A stretch of DNA of 64,000 bases from Candidatus Saccharimonadota bacterium (GCA_030445265.1 JAUCSC010000001.1:482494-546493); one strand, 5' to 3'. Counted from the first letter of the stretch, positions 51,286 to 61,552 are shown. A program made the numbers and translations. Notes: generated by a model not told the origin, from the sequence alone.

Positions 51286-52804
51286 TCGAAGCACACCGTT
51301 AGAGAGTTTTGACGAGCTCTTCAAAATATACGAAACAAACGACCCGAACTCTATACCCTTCATTGGGAAGGTTAAGGAAATGCAAATGGCTCTCAGGGAA
51401 GTTTTTGCTTTGGAGAATTACAAGTCAAAAGGCGTTGTCCTAAGTGTTGAAGGTACATGGGGTAGCGGTAAGACTACATATATGAATTTAGCACTGAGTG
51501 AGCTTGAGGATGAGAGCGCTATATTTATTAAGTATGATTCTCTCTTCTACGGCAATGTGTCAGAGGCAACATCAATATTCATTGATGACATTTTCAAAAA
51601 AGTACGAGAGTCGTTTGGCGTTGAGCTTAATGAAGGTGGCATAGCAAAAAACATAAGTCCCAAATTGGAGCTAGGTACTGGCTTACCAAGGCTTAGCTTA
51701 GACTTAAGTAAACCGAAGCGTGCTCCTACGGAGTTGATTAAAGATAACCTGGCTAAAAAGCTCAGGAAGATAGACGGTAAAGTAGTCGTTGTTATCGACG
51801 ATTTAGACAGGGTTTCCGGTGGAGATGTGGTTCACTTTCTTAGAATCGTGCGTGTGCTAAGGGAGTTGCCGAATTTCATTATCATTCTTCCTGTCGACAA
51901 AAAAGCGCTGGAAGATCTGTTACAAGGGAGTAGCATTGCAAACCCCCGTAAATATCTAGAAAAGATCATAGATTGGTCTATAGGAATTGATCCCGAGATA
52001 CCTACCGCTAAGACATTATTGACGAAAAAAGTGATAAATGGCTCAAACGGCATATTTAATGAGTCTAGTATTGAAGAGCTTTGGAGAATGATACTCCTAG
52101 AGCTTTCGCTTTATACCCTCGACAATGACGATATTAGAAGTACTGGTGGGAATATTGGTATTGGTCGGTCAGATCCGTCATCGCAACAGTACGAACGCAA
52201 GGCTAAGTCTTTAGCTGCAGGAGGCGATAGCTTGATGCGAGCGTTTATAGATCGAACAAATACCGACTTTGGTGCTAGCTATAATTTGGTAACAAAGGTA
52301 GTGAATAGTGCTGCACCAAATATCAGATTTTTTCGGAGTTACAGCACACTTTATAGTGGACAAAATTTTGCGGATTTTTTACAGGGTCTTACTAGCCCGT
52401 CGCTTTCTGGCACGGAAAGGCTGGAAGATCAGTCTCAAAGTATAATGAAGACTCAATGGTGGAGAGACAGTGATTACATATCTTCCTTCAATGGTGGGGC
52501 TTTGGCTCAAACCTACGATATTGCCGTGCCAAACCCTCAGAATATAAGCTGGGAGGACATTAATGTTAAGTTAAATGAAACTTATATTACTCTGTGGACT
52601 GAACTTAAAAATTTAGTCGAAACTTTCTACCCTTACGAGGGCTTACGTTATTTAGCCCCTCGCTCAATAAATAAGATTGTTGTAGCTTTAAATATGGATG
52701 CACTTAATGGTCTTCTTACTAACCCTATTGATACACCTGACAAGCAAATGGAATTGCATATACAGGTAAGGTACGCGGTAGGCAGAGCACTAAAAGAGCT
52801 CTAG
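51272..52804 (+). CDS. KAP-family P-loop NTPase
   Basis: VEGTWGSGKTT, VVVIDDLDR and KYLEKII. Confidence 0.88.
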   Translation: MLRVDRSTPLESFDELFKIYETNDPNSIPFIGKVKEMQMALREVFALENYKSKGVVLSVEGTWGSGKTTYMNLALSELEDESAIFIKYDSLFYGNVSEATSIFIDDIFKKVRESFGVELNEGGIAKNISPKLELGTGLPRLSLDLSKPKRAPTELIKDNLAKKLRKIDGKVVVVIDDLDRVSGGDVVHFLRIVRVLRELPNFIIILPVDKKALEDLLQGSSIANPRKYLEKIIDWSIGIDPEIPTAKTLLTKKVINGSNGIFNESSIEELWRMILLELSLYTLDNDDIRSTGGNIGIGRSDPSSQQYERKAKSLAAGGDSLMRAFIDRTNTDFGASYNLVTKVVNSAAPNIRFFRSYSTLYSGQNFADFLQGLTSPSLSGTERLEDQSQSIMKTQWWRDSDYISSFNGGALAQTYDIAVPNPQNISWEDINVKLNETYITLWTELKNLVETFYPYEGLRYLAPRSINKIVVALNMDALNGLLTNPIDTPDKQMELHIQVRYAVGRALKEL

Positions 52805-52966
52805 GGGGAAAACCTTTCTTTAAGTTTTATTCTAAGCTGGAATGCTATGCATCACCAATATTTACTCGCAGTTGTCCATCTTGATTAAATCTTAAGGATT
52901 CCGTTCCATTTAGCTTAATAGCCCTCATGCTTGCAGCAAGCGCGTATCGATTGTTACACTACCCCC

Positions 52967-53686
52967 ATGGAACGGCTTGACGTATCGACGATAAGGGAGC
53001 AGCTCGAAGCAATACGCGGCGACGTCGATACCGTTACTGATCTTGAAAGAGATATTGCCCAGGTCTTTGATGAACGAGTCATAAACCAAGGTGTGCACAT
53101 TCATATAGGCAATAAGCCACAAGTGCTCCAAAGGGTACTCGATATCTTCGGAATAGACCAGGCGCTGGCTCAAAATCAGCTGCAGGTCCACAACGTTCTT
53201 CTGACTACCGCTGGCTCTATTAAACATCGTGCAAAAGCTATACCGATCGTGAAAGAAGCGGGGCTTATAACTGCTCTTGACCTTATGCAAGCAGAGATGT
53301 GGGAACGGCCGTATGGCAAAGATGCCGCTTCTACTATCCTCATAGGTTCTCCGAGCGAGCAGCACGGTGAGACTGATATATCAAAGCCGTGGATAACACT
53401 CGACGCTAATTGCCACTACAGTAAGGCGCTCCTTCAGGAATGTCTTGGTCGGTATAATGAGATAAAAGACTGGGCCAGACAGGCGGAGAACGCTTCTGAG
53501 CTCCTGGCGCTCAGTCCGGCACGTCTTTGTTATCAGTATATGAATGCGACGGGCGAAGTCCTGGGCGGACCAGCGAAACACTACCACTTTTCAATCGGGC
53601 GTGTATCAGGAACCTTTTTTGCCAGCGGGGTCTCTACTCGCTACTCATTTGGTGTTAAAGCTGATCGATTGATAGCACGGGAATAG
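52967..53686 (+). CDS. Hypothetical protein
   Basis: Long ORF; ATG 52967 follows a TACACT -10. Confidence 0.6.
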   Translation: MERLDVSTIREQLEAIRGDVDTVTDLERDIAQVFDERVINQGVHIHIGNKPQVLQRVLDIFGIDQALAQNQLQVHNVLLTTAGSIKHRAKAIPIVKEAGLITALDLMQAEMWERPYGKDAASTILIGSPSEQHGETDISKPWITLDANCHYSKALLQECLGRYNEIKDWARQAENASELLALSPARLCYQYMNATGEVLGGPAKHYHFSIGRVSGTFFASGVSTRYSFGVKADRLIARE

Positions 53687-53768
53687 TATTTCCGCGGGGG
53701 TGTTGACCGTAGCATAACCATGATATATGCTGAGGGCTAGAAGCATTATTAAGAAACCAACAATATAC

Positions 53769-54383
53769 ATGAAAAACATTATTCACACCCTTACACCATC
53801 CGCGCTTGTCCTTGCGGCAGCGTTCGTTTTAGTCTCACCAATCTTAGCATCAGCCCAAGCAACCGATCAGGGCGACACGACGGTCACCGCGACGATTGAC
53901 CCGACCATTTCTATGACGACCGGTGGAACGGTTGGCGTTTCACTTGCACCAACGACCAGCGCGACTCTTTCCAGCGCCTCAGACACAGTTACCGTTGCCA
54001 CCAACTCCGAGAATGGCTACAACCTCAAACTCTCTAGCTCAGACACCACCAACGCGATGAGCGGTCCTGGTGGCGATTCAATCACTGCCCATAACGGCAC
54101 CTTCTCAACACCGACCGCCCTCGGAACAAATACCTGGGGCTACCGTATTGTTGGCGCTGGTGGTTTCACATCTACCGCTTATTCGGCCGAGCTCGATGCC
54201 ACCGCCAGTACCTCGACATGGGCCGGCATTCCCGTTAGCAGCGCTCCCCAAACCGTGAAGACGACTGCCGTTAAATCTGCGTCGAGCACAACAACCGTCT
54301 GGTACGGCGTGAAAGTCGATGCATCGATTTCCTCAGGTGCCTATAGCGACACCGTGACCTACACGGCAACAACCAACCTGTAA
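53769..54383 (+). CDS. Secreted Ser/Thr-rich WxL-like / fimbrial-like protein
   Basis: Signal peptide (ASA|Q); VTVATN..GYNL; C-terminal GAYSDTVTYTA. Confidence 0.6.
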   Translation: MKNIIHTLTPSALVLAAAFVLVSPILASAQATDQGDTTVTATIDPTISMTTGGTVGVSLAPTTSATLSSASDTVTVATNSENGYNLKLSSSDTTNAMSGPGGDSITAHNGTFSTPTALGTNTWGYRIVGAGGFTSTAYSAELDATASTSTWAGIPVSSAPQTVKTTAVKSASSTTTVWYGVKVDASISSGAYSDTVTYTATTNL

Positions 54384-54389
54384 TCATCA

Positions 54390-55355
54390 ATGAAGTTCAG
54401 CCCCCTCCATATCCGCATCAATAGAGGCATACTGTCCTTTGGTTTTGTTCTGGCATTATTTGGAGCGGTCATTATCCAGTCATCAGTGGCGCAGGCCCAA
54501 AGCACGGGAGATGCCAGTAGTATTTCACTCAAGCCCGCCTCGCAGTCAATTGCGCTGAAGGCCGGGCAAACAACCAAGGGGACGATTACCGTCATCAATT
54601 CCGGTAATAGCGCCTATGATTTCAATGTCTACGGTCAACTATTCTCCGTCAAGAATGAACAATACGATTATCAGTTCGACGAAACGAACAATACGACCAG
54701 CAATATAGCGACGTGGATAAAGCTGTCAGAGAGCAGGTACCATCTCGAAGCCAAACAGCGGATTGAGGTCCCATATACTATCGTCGTTCCGACCGATGCA
54801 TCACCTGGCGGACACTACGGTGTTATCTTTGCCGAGACCGAGCCTGTTGCCGTCGAAGGCACGGCTATTGCCCGTAAAAAGCGTGTCGGTAGCCTTATCC
54901 TGGCCAAAGTAGCGGGGGACGTGAAACAACAAGGTGCCTACCTGGAAGGCATCGTTTCCTTTTTGCAAACCAGCGTGCCGCTTTCGACCTACAACCGCGT
55001 CCAAAATAGCGGCAACATTGATTTCCAAACCGAAATATCAATGCGCATTTCGAACGTCTTTGGCTCTGTTAAATATGACGAGAATAATAGCTATGTCGTC
55101 TATCCGGGCACCGTCCGTGAGATCCGGACCACCTGGAATGATTCGCCGTGGTTTGGACTATACAAAGTAGAGCAGAACATCAAGATTTTAGCTGACAGTC
55201 ATAAAGTTTCACAGTACGTGCTAATGGCTCCAGTCTGGCTGCTGATCGTGCTCATCGTGGTATTTGCTGGTAGTGTCGGCTATATTATCTACCGCGTTAT
55301 CCGCCGTCTGAAACGTCGTAAAAATACGTCCGCTCATCATAAGAAGAAGGATTAA
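54390..55355 (+). CDS. DUF916-like (WxL-interacting) membrane-anchored protein
   Basis: ITVINSG...WIKL...VPYTIVVPTDASPGGHYG; NSGNID; C-terminal TM with a basic tail. Confidence 0.65.
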   Translation: MKFSPLHIRINRGILSFGFVLALFGAVIIQSSVAQAQSTGDASSISLKPASQSIALKAGQTTKGTITVINSGNSAYDFNVYGQLFSVKNEQYDYQFDETNNTTSNIATWIKLSESRYHLEAKQRIEVPYTIVVPTDASPGGHYGVIFAETEPVAVEGTAIARKKRVGSLILAKVAGDVKQQGAYLEGIVSFLQTSVPLSTYNRVQNSGNIDFQTEISMRISNVFGSVKYDENNSYVVYPGTVREIRTTWNDSPWFGLYKVEQNIKILADSHKVSQYVLMAPVWLLIVLIVVFAGSVGYIIYRVIRRLKRRKNTSAHHKKKD

Positions 55356-55436
55356 TAAACACATCCATATGCTTGCCGTCATAAGCGGAATGCGTCATAC
55401 TACCACCATAAGTTACGAATAGGGTAGGGGGCCGCC

Positions 55437-57416
55437 ATTACACCACTGACACTGACACGATTTTGGCACCGTCGCATCTGCGAAGCGGCGTTCTTCCTAT
55501 CGCTTGCCGTCATCGCTATTTATGCGACGCCTCTCGTCATCGATACGACAGTTGCCGGCGTCTTTGACATCAGCATGATATCAGTCGTTAGCGCCGGAGT
55601 GACGGCTGTACTCAGCATTGTCTTTTATATCTTTCCGCCAAAAAATGAGTCACACCTTCCAGCACTCAGCGTGTTTCTCCTTTTTGCCCTGACTGTCGCG
55701 TTTCTGGTGGTCGAAACGGGCGGACTTAGCTCGCCATTTATCGCGCTATGGATGATTGCTGCTATCTTCAGTGGCCTGTTCGGCATATACGGCGTCCTCC
55801 CGCTCCTGGCAGCCGTCGGCATCTTTCTTGGCGCCACCTACCTGGCGCATGATTTCACCATACAGACGGTCACTACTGTTGCCCTCGTTGGGATTACTCC
55901 GCTTCTAGCAAGCTCGGCCATCTGGCATGGCCGTAACGACAAAAAAGCCGGTGAGCATCTTAACTATAAAGACTTAGCGAATGAGCTGACTGAAGTAGCC
56001 ACGAAGTCGGAAGTCGTCATTAACGCGATCGGCGACGGCGTCATAGCAATTGATACACTCGGCAATATCCAGCTCATCAATCCAGCCGCTCAGCGCATTC
56101 TCGGCTGGGGCAAACAGGACTCAATGGGGCTCAATTACAAATCGGTCTTAAAGCTTATGAATCAGCAGAACGAAGAGCTCGATACCCTTAATGACCCGGT
56201 CCAGCAGGTGCTAAATAGCAATCAGGAAATTCGGACGGACGACTACAATCTAGTAACCAAGAATGGCCGAAAAATAGCCTCGTATGTCAGTGCCTCTCCA
56301 ATCGGTGACGCTGGCTCAGGAGTTATTATCATCTTTCGTGATATTACCAAGGAAAAGGCCGAGGAGCGTGAGCAGGCCGAATTTATTAGTACCGCCAGCC
56401 ATGAAATGCGCACGCCAGTTGCCTCGATCGAAGGCTATCTGGGCCTCGCGCTCAATCCAAGCACGGCGGCCATCGACGAGAAGGCACGTGACTACATTTC
56501 AAAGGCTCAACAGTCTGCCCAGCACTTGGGCCATTTGTTCCAGGATCTTCTCGATGTGTCGAAAGCTGAAGACGGCAGACTGTCCAATAACCCGAAAGTG
56601 GTAAATCTGACCGACTACGTTCACGACATCGTCCAGGGCCTACTCCCACAAGCCGAGGAGAAGGGGTTACGACTCATCTACAAACCGATACCGGACAACA
56701 ACCAGCATATTGTCGCTCCCGTTTTTTATACCAATGCCGATAATGATCACATCCGTGAAATCGTTAATAACTTGGTTGAGAATGCCATCAAGTACACGCC
56801 GGCCGGTGAGGTGACGATCGACCTCAGTGCAACTGAAGAAAGAGTCGTCATTTGCGTGAAAGATTCGGGTATCGGTATTCCCGTCGAAGATATCCCGCAC
56901 TTATTCCAAAAGTTTTACCGTGTCGACAATGAGGATACGCGCCAAATTGGCGGCACCGGGCTCGGTCTGTACTTGTCGCGGCGACTTGCCGAAGCGATGG
57001 GCGGTCGCATCTGGCTGGAGAGCGAATACAAAAAGGGGAGTACCTTTTACCTGGAGCTTCCTCGCATCTCCACACAGGACGCTGAACGACTGAAAGCAGA
57101 GCAAACGCAAAAAGTCATACAGACCCCACCCAGTGTAGCCGCGCCAGTACCAGCCGTTGCCCCAACTCCTATCACTATCCAGTCGGCACAGCCCGCCCCA
57201 CCCGTGGCGCCTCCTACCAATACCCCAGCGAGCCCGACGCCACCACCAGTGGTGCCAAGCCCGCCTTTGGAGCGTTCATCGGTGCGCCCAGCGACGACCG
57301 TGCCGCGGGGACAGAGCCTGACGCCCGAGCAGATCGCTGCCCATGTCGCGAGGCTCGAAGAAATGGCTCGTCAGCAACAAGCCGCGCCCGCCAATAATCC
57401 GCCTGGACAACCTTAG
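55437..57416 (+). CDS. Multi-TM PAS sensor histidine kinase with a Pro-rich tail (start uncertain: ATT 55437 or ATG 55575)
   Basis: PAS region (IGDGVI..INPAA), SHEMRTP, NLVENAIKY and GGTGLGL; the frame is open 46 codons upstream of the first ATG. Confidence 0.9.
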   Translation: MTPLTLTRFWHRRICEAAFFLSLAVIAIYATPLVIDTTVAGVFDISMISVVSAGVTAVLSIVFYIFPPKNESHLPALSVFLLFALTVAFLVVETGGLSSPFIALWMIAAIFSGLFGIYGVLPLLAAVGIFLGATYLAHDFTIQTVTTVALVGITPLLASSAIWHGRNDKKAGEHLNYKDLANELTEVATKSEVVINAIGDGVIAIDTLGNIQLINPAAQRILGWGKQDSMGLNYKSVLKLMNQQNEELDTLNDPVQQVLNSNQEIRTDDYNLVTKNGRKIASYVSASPIGDAGSGVIIIFRDITKEKAEEREQAEFISTASHEMRTPVASIEGYLGLALNPSTAAIDEKARDYISKAQQSAQHLGHLFQDLLDVSKAEDGRLSNNPKVVNLTDYVHDIVQGLLPQAEEKGLRLIYKPIPDNNQHIVAPVFYTNADNDHIREIVNNLVENAIKYTPAGEVTIDLSATEERVVICVKDSGIGIPVEDIPHLFQKFYRVDNEDTRQIGGTGLGLYLSRRLAEAMGGRIWLESEYKKGSTFYLELPRISTQDAERLKAEQTQKVIQTPPSVAAPVPAVAPTPITIQSAQPAPPVAPPTNTPASPTPPPVVPSPPLERSSVRPATTVPRGQSLTPEQIAAHVARLEEMARQQQAAPANNPPGQP

Positions 57417-57467
57417 CCGTAAGAACTATAGTATTTTCTAATAGCATTAGCTACAATAAGGGTAAAT

Positions 57468-58343
57468 ATGGCAAAAATTTTATTAGTAGAAGACGATAAA
57501 AGTCTCCGAGAAATCTACGGCGTACGTTTACTCGCCGAAGGGTACGATATCGTCTCAGCAGGGGATGGTGAAGAAGCATTGGCTATGGCCATTAAAGAAC
57601 GTCCTGATCTCATCGTCAGCGACGTCATGATGCCAAAAATTAGCGGCTTTGATATGCTCGATATTCTCCGGAGTACGACGGAAACTAAAGGCATTAAAGT
57701 TATTATGATGACGGCACTGAGTAGCGAAGACCAACGAGCTCGAGGCGAAGCACTCGGTGCAGATCGCTATCTCGTCAAGTCCCAAGTCGGCATTGAAGAT
57801 GTTGTTCGGACGGTTCATGATGTGCTCGGCGACAGCGTTGCACCAGCCCAGCCTGCTGCTCAGCCCTTTGCTGCGCCCGCACCGCGCCCCGTCGTCGCTG
57901 CTCCGGCACCAGCACCATTTGCTGCCCCAGCGCCACAGGCGCCCGCTCCGGTCGCTCCACAGCAACCTCAAGCACCCGCGCCCCAAGCCCCTCAGCCAGC
58001 ACCATTCTCGCCGCCAGCGCCACAATCAGCTCAGCCGGCACCTCCTTATGTGGCTCAAGGCGCTCCATCGAGTCCGCCTCCGGCTTCTAGTCCCGAGCTA
58101 AGCGTTCCGAATCCCGTTCAACCTTCAGCACCAGTTTCATCCATGCCAGAGCCGACCGCACCGTTCTCAACACCTCGTACCGGTACGCTTGGCGACCGGG
58201 TGATTCATCCTTTACAGCAGACGACGCCTCAAGTTGATGTCGGCGAACTCATCAACCAAGAGCTCAGCACACATACACCAGCCGATCTTTTCACGCCACC
58301 CACGCCTCCTACACCTCCGGTCACTCCAACGCAGAATCAATAG
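57468..58343 (+). CDS. Response regulator receiver with a Pro/Ala/Gln-rich disordered tail
   Basis: VEDD, SDVMMP, MTA and YLVK; no DNA-binding domain. Confidence 0.9.
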   Translation: MAKILLVEDDKSLREIYGVRLLAEGYDIVSAGDGEEALAMAIKERPDLIVSDVMMPKISGFDMLDILRSTTETKGIKVIMMTALSSEDQRARGEALGADRYLVKSQVGIEDVVRTVHDVLGDSVAPAQPAAQPFAAPAPRPVVAAPAPAPFAAPAPQAPAPVAPQQPQAPAPQAPQPAPFSPPAPQSAQPAPPYVAQGAPSSPPPASSPELSVPNPVQPSAPVSSMPEPTAPFSTPRTGTLGDRVIHPLQQTTPQVDVGELINQELSTHTPADLFTPPTPPTPPVTPTQNQ

Positions 58344-58367
58344 GCGTCACCTGATACAATAGTCAGT

Positions 58368-59063
58368 ATGGACGTTGAATCTTATTCAGAACGGCTCAAT
58401 AAATACATCGCGCTAAGGCTCGGTGTGTCACGTCGTGAGGCAGATTCCCTCATCGAGCACGGTCACGTCAAGGTAAATGGCGAGCGCGCCGTGCTTGGCA
58501 GCCGCTTCAAAACCGGTGATTCTATCACTGTCCAGGGCCATCTCGTACCCGGGACTGTTCCTTTACAGTACCTGCGTCTCCATAAGCCCGTTGGGTACGT
58601 CAGCTCACGCCGACGCCAAGGTGAACATCCGACCATCTATGAACTCCTGCCCAGCTCTTACCATGACTTAAAACCGGTCGGGCGTCTCGACAAAGATAGC
58701 AGTGGTGTCCTCTTACTGAGCAATGACGGCGACTTTGCCTACCAGATGACACATCCCAAGTTTCACAAGCAGAAGCAGTATGAAGTGTCCCTCGATAAAG
58801 ACCTGGAGCCGCTGCACCAGCAGATGATCGGTGAGTACGGCTTGTCGCTGGAAGATGGTGTCAGCCAACTGACGTTGACGCGTATAAATGAAACCAGCCG
58901 AAAAGACTGGTATGTCACGATGCACGAAGGTCGGAACCGGCAAATCCGCCGCACCTTTGCCGCCCTTGGCTATACCGTCGTCAAGCTTCACCGTACCCAC
59001 TTTGGGCCGTACCATATCGGCACACTTGCGGCTGGCGCCTACGATGAAGTTGACAAAATATAG
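58368..59063 (+). CDS. Pseudouridine synthase (RsuA/RluB family, S4 domain)
   Basis: SRREAD, HKPVG, GRLDKDSSG and EGRNRQIRR. Confidence 0.93.
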   Translation: MDVESYSERLNKYIALRLGVSRREADSLIEHGHVKVNGERAVLGSRFKTGDSITVQGHLVPGTVPLQYLRLHKPVGYVSSRRRQGEHPTIYELLPSSYHDLKPVGRLDKDSSGVLLLSNDGDFAYQMTHPKFHKQKQYEVSLDKDLEPLHQQMIGEYGLSLEDGVSQLTLTRINETSRKDWYVTMHEGRNRQIRRTFAALGYTVVKLHRTHFGPYHIGTLAAGAYDEVDKI

Positions 59064-59120
59064 TTTTTTCATTGTTTTAGTCTTTTTGCAAGTGCCCACA
59101 TCTGTTATACTGCTATAGAT

Positions 59121-60512
59121 ATGGCAGCAAAACTTCCTACAGTTGCAATCATTGGACAAGCGAATGTCGGCAAGAGTTCGCTTTTTAATCGTCTCGTAGG
59201 ATACAACCAAGCGATCGTTGCCCGTGAAGCCGGCACCACTCGTGATAATGTCCTCGGCAAAGTCACCTATAACGACCATGACTTCTGGCTGGTAGATACC
59301 GCCGGCCTTAAAGACCCAAATGACGAATTTGAAGCCAGCATTCAGGAGCAGATCGATGAAGCGGCAGACGCTGCTGATGTCATCCTAGTTGTCGTCGATA
59401 GCACGCTTTATCCAAGTGACGAGGACCGAGTTGTCGCCAAAAAAGCCCTAAAAAGCAAAAAACCAGTCGTCCTGCTAACCAACAAGATTGACCTGCGTGG
59501 CCATCTTCCCGCTGATGAATTCAAACGCCTCGGTATCAAAACCATTATCGGCACCTCTGCCGAACACCGCGAAGGCATTGAAGATGTCATGAACGAGATC
59601 GTCTCGCTTATTCCAAAGGCCCAAGATGTTGAAGACGATGACGTGCTCCGCATTGCCCTGATTGGCCGCCCAAATGTTGGCAAAAGTTACTTGTTTAACA
59701 CCTTGGCGGGCAAGCAACAAGCCATCGTCGCCAATATTGCTGGCACCACTCGTGACATCAACCGTATCCAAGTCCGCTACAAACAGCGAACGATTGAGCT
59801 CCTTGATACCGCTGGCGTTCGTCGTCAAGGCAAGCAAGTCGTCGGCATCGAAAAGTTCTCGGTCCTCCGCACGCTCCAAGCCATCGAAGAGTCCGATGTC
59901 TGCCTCCTTCTCATGGATGTAAATGAAATTAATACGCAGCTCGACCAAAGGCTCGCCGGCGTCATTGACGAGGCAGGCAAGGGAATGGTGCTGGTCGTTA
60001 GTAAATGGGATACGCTCGATAAGACGCCGTATACTCGTGATAGTATCGCACCGCAAATTGCTAATACCTTCAACTTCACGCCGTGGGCACCGCTCATCTT
60101 TACCAGTAGCGCAACCGGCCAAAATGTCACCAAACTTTTTGACCTGGCTCTCGACATCGAGGCCCGCCGTAAGCAACCGACCAAAACCCGCGTGCTCAAT
60201 GATATGCTCCAAAAAGCCACTCAGAAGCATCCACCTGCCGGCCTGAAGAACACCCAGCCAAAACTCCGCTACATCGTCCAGACTGATACGACGCCTCCAT
60301 GGTTCGTCATCTACGGGTCACATCTAAAATTCGTCCACTGGAGCTACAAACGCTATCTCGAGCGCCTAATCCGCGAAACCTATGACTATTCCGGCACACC
60401 ACTCAAAATGTCGTTCCGCGACGAAAAGCAGATTCAAGCAAACCGCGAAAAAGCTGAAAAAGCCAACAAAAAATCGCCTCGTGATCGAAGCGACAGTGAC
60501 GAAGAAGAATAG
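59121..60512 (+). CDS. der: Ribosome biogenesis GTPase Der
   Basis: Tandem G domains (GQANVGKS and GRPNVGKS, GTTRD, DTAG) and a KH-like C-terminus. Confidence 0.97.
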   Translation: MAAKLPTVAIIGQANVGKSSLFNRLVGYNQAIVAREAGTTRDNVLGKVTYNDHDFWLVDTAGLKDPNDEFEASIQEQIDEAADAADVILVVVDSTLYPSDEDRVVAKKALKSKKPVVLLTNKIDLRGHLPADEFKRLGIKTIIGTSAEHREGIEDVMNEIVSLIPKAQDVEDDDVLRIALIGRPNVGKSYLFNTLAGKQQAIVANIAGTTRDINRIQVRYKQRTIELLDTAGVRRQGKQVVGIEKFSVLRTLQAIEESDVCLLLMDVNEINTQLDQRLAGVIDEAGKGMVLVVSKWDTLDKTPYTRDSIAPQIANTFNFTPWAPLIFTSSATGQNVTKLFDLALDIEARRKQPTKTRVLNDMLQKATQKHPPAGLKNTQPKLRYIVQTDTTPPWFVIYGSHLKFVHWSYKRYLERLIRETYDYSGTPLKMSFRDEKQIQANREKAEKANKKSPRDRSDSDEEE

Positions 60513-60515
60513 ATA

Positions 60516-60568
60516 AGGACACGGCCGGGGCGGGTTCATGACTGAACCCGCCCGCACGGCCGTGCCCT
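60516..60568. terminator. Long GC-rich hairpin between convergent genes
   Basis: CACGGCCG..GGGCGGGTTCA-TGAC-TGAACCCGCCC..CGGCCGTG. Confidence 0.55.
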
Positions 60569-60599
60569 AGTAGGGCTGACGGATATACATGCGCTGCCG

Positions 60600-60899
60600 C
60601 TAACGGCGGCTCTGTCGCAGATATGGCGGCAGTGTCTTCATGATGCCAGCGAGAGAGGCAGCCGCTCCAAGAGCGACCCCCGCCAGGTAGAACCAGGGCG
60701 CCTCGATCGGGAAGATCACCTTGATCCCCGAGAAGAGCACCACGATCATCGCTACCGCGAACGAAACGAGAACAATGAGATATTCATTGGAATCGCCGTC
60801 GTAGTAGCCCCGAGCCTCGCCGCGCAGCCCCATCGTGAACGCGACGATCATCACCACGATCATCAGAACCGTCACAACCCCATAAAAGAACGTCCACAT
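60600..60899 (-). CDS. Small 3-TM membrane protein
   Basis: Three hydrophobic helices; GAAAGG SD; TTGAAT-17-CATAAT promoter. Confidence 0.65.
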   Translation of the reverse strand: MWTFFYGVVTVLMIVVMIVAFTMGLRGEARGYYDGDSNEYLIVLVSFAVAMIVVLFSGIKVIFPIEAPWFYLAGVALGAAASLAGIMKTLPPYLRQSRR

Positions 60900-60988
60900 C
60901 CGAGTACCTTTCGTTGAAATGAGTCGTGCAGAATTGATATATTATGTCATACTTATCCTTATAATTCAATAGGTTACAATATAAGCAT

Positions 60989-61552
60989 ATGAAGATTGTA
61001 CTGGCGCAGGGAAATCCTGGCGACAAATATAAAAACAGCCGACACAATGTCGGCTTCATGATATTGGACGAAATCAGCTCAGACTGGAAGACCCATGCCA
61101 AATTCCATGCAGACATCAGTGAGCGGACGATAGCGGGCGAAAAAGTCTTACTGGTAAAGCCTCGGACGTTTTATAACGAAACGGGTCAAAGCGCCCGAGC
61201 TATCATCGACTTCTACAAATTAAATCCCGCCGAAGATCTGCTGGTCATCCATGATGATTTGGCGCTGGAGCGCGGTATCATCCGTGTCCGCAAGCAGGGG
61301 AGCGATGCGGGCAATAACGGCATCAAAAGCATCACGGCGCATGTTGGCGAGCACTTTCATCGCCTGCGCATCGGAATTGGTCCCAAACCACATCCAGATG
61401 CCTCCGACGTCGATTTTGTGCTCGGCTCCTTTACCAAAACAGAAAAAGAGCAGCTAGAGAAGCTCACCATTCCGATTGCGGAGACCCTGGTGCGAAATTT
61501 TGCCAAAGGTACATTGGATCTAACAAGCCATAAGCTATTCAAGATCGAGTAA
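60989..61552 (+). CDS. pth: Peptidyl-tRNA hydrolase
   Basis: GNPG..Y..RHNVGF, KP.TFYN, IHDDL and GNNGIKS. Confidence 0.95.
   Translation: MKIVLAQGNPGDKYKNSRHNVGFMILDEISSDWKTHAKFHADISERTIAGEKVLLVKPRTFYNETGQSARAIIDFYKLNPAEDLLVIHDDLALERGIIRVRKQGSDAGNNGIKSITAHVGEHFHRLRIGIGPKPHPDASDVDFVLGSFTKTEKEQLEKLTIPIAETLVRNFAKGTLDLTSHKLFKIE

Noticed and set aside
57110-58340. Pro/Ala-rich stretches as DNA tandem repeats
   Set aside because: Low-complexity coding sequence without exact periodicity.
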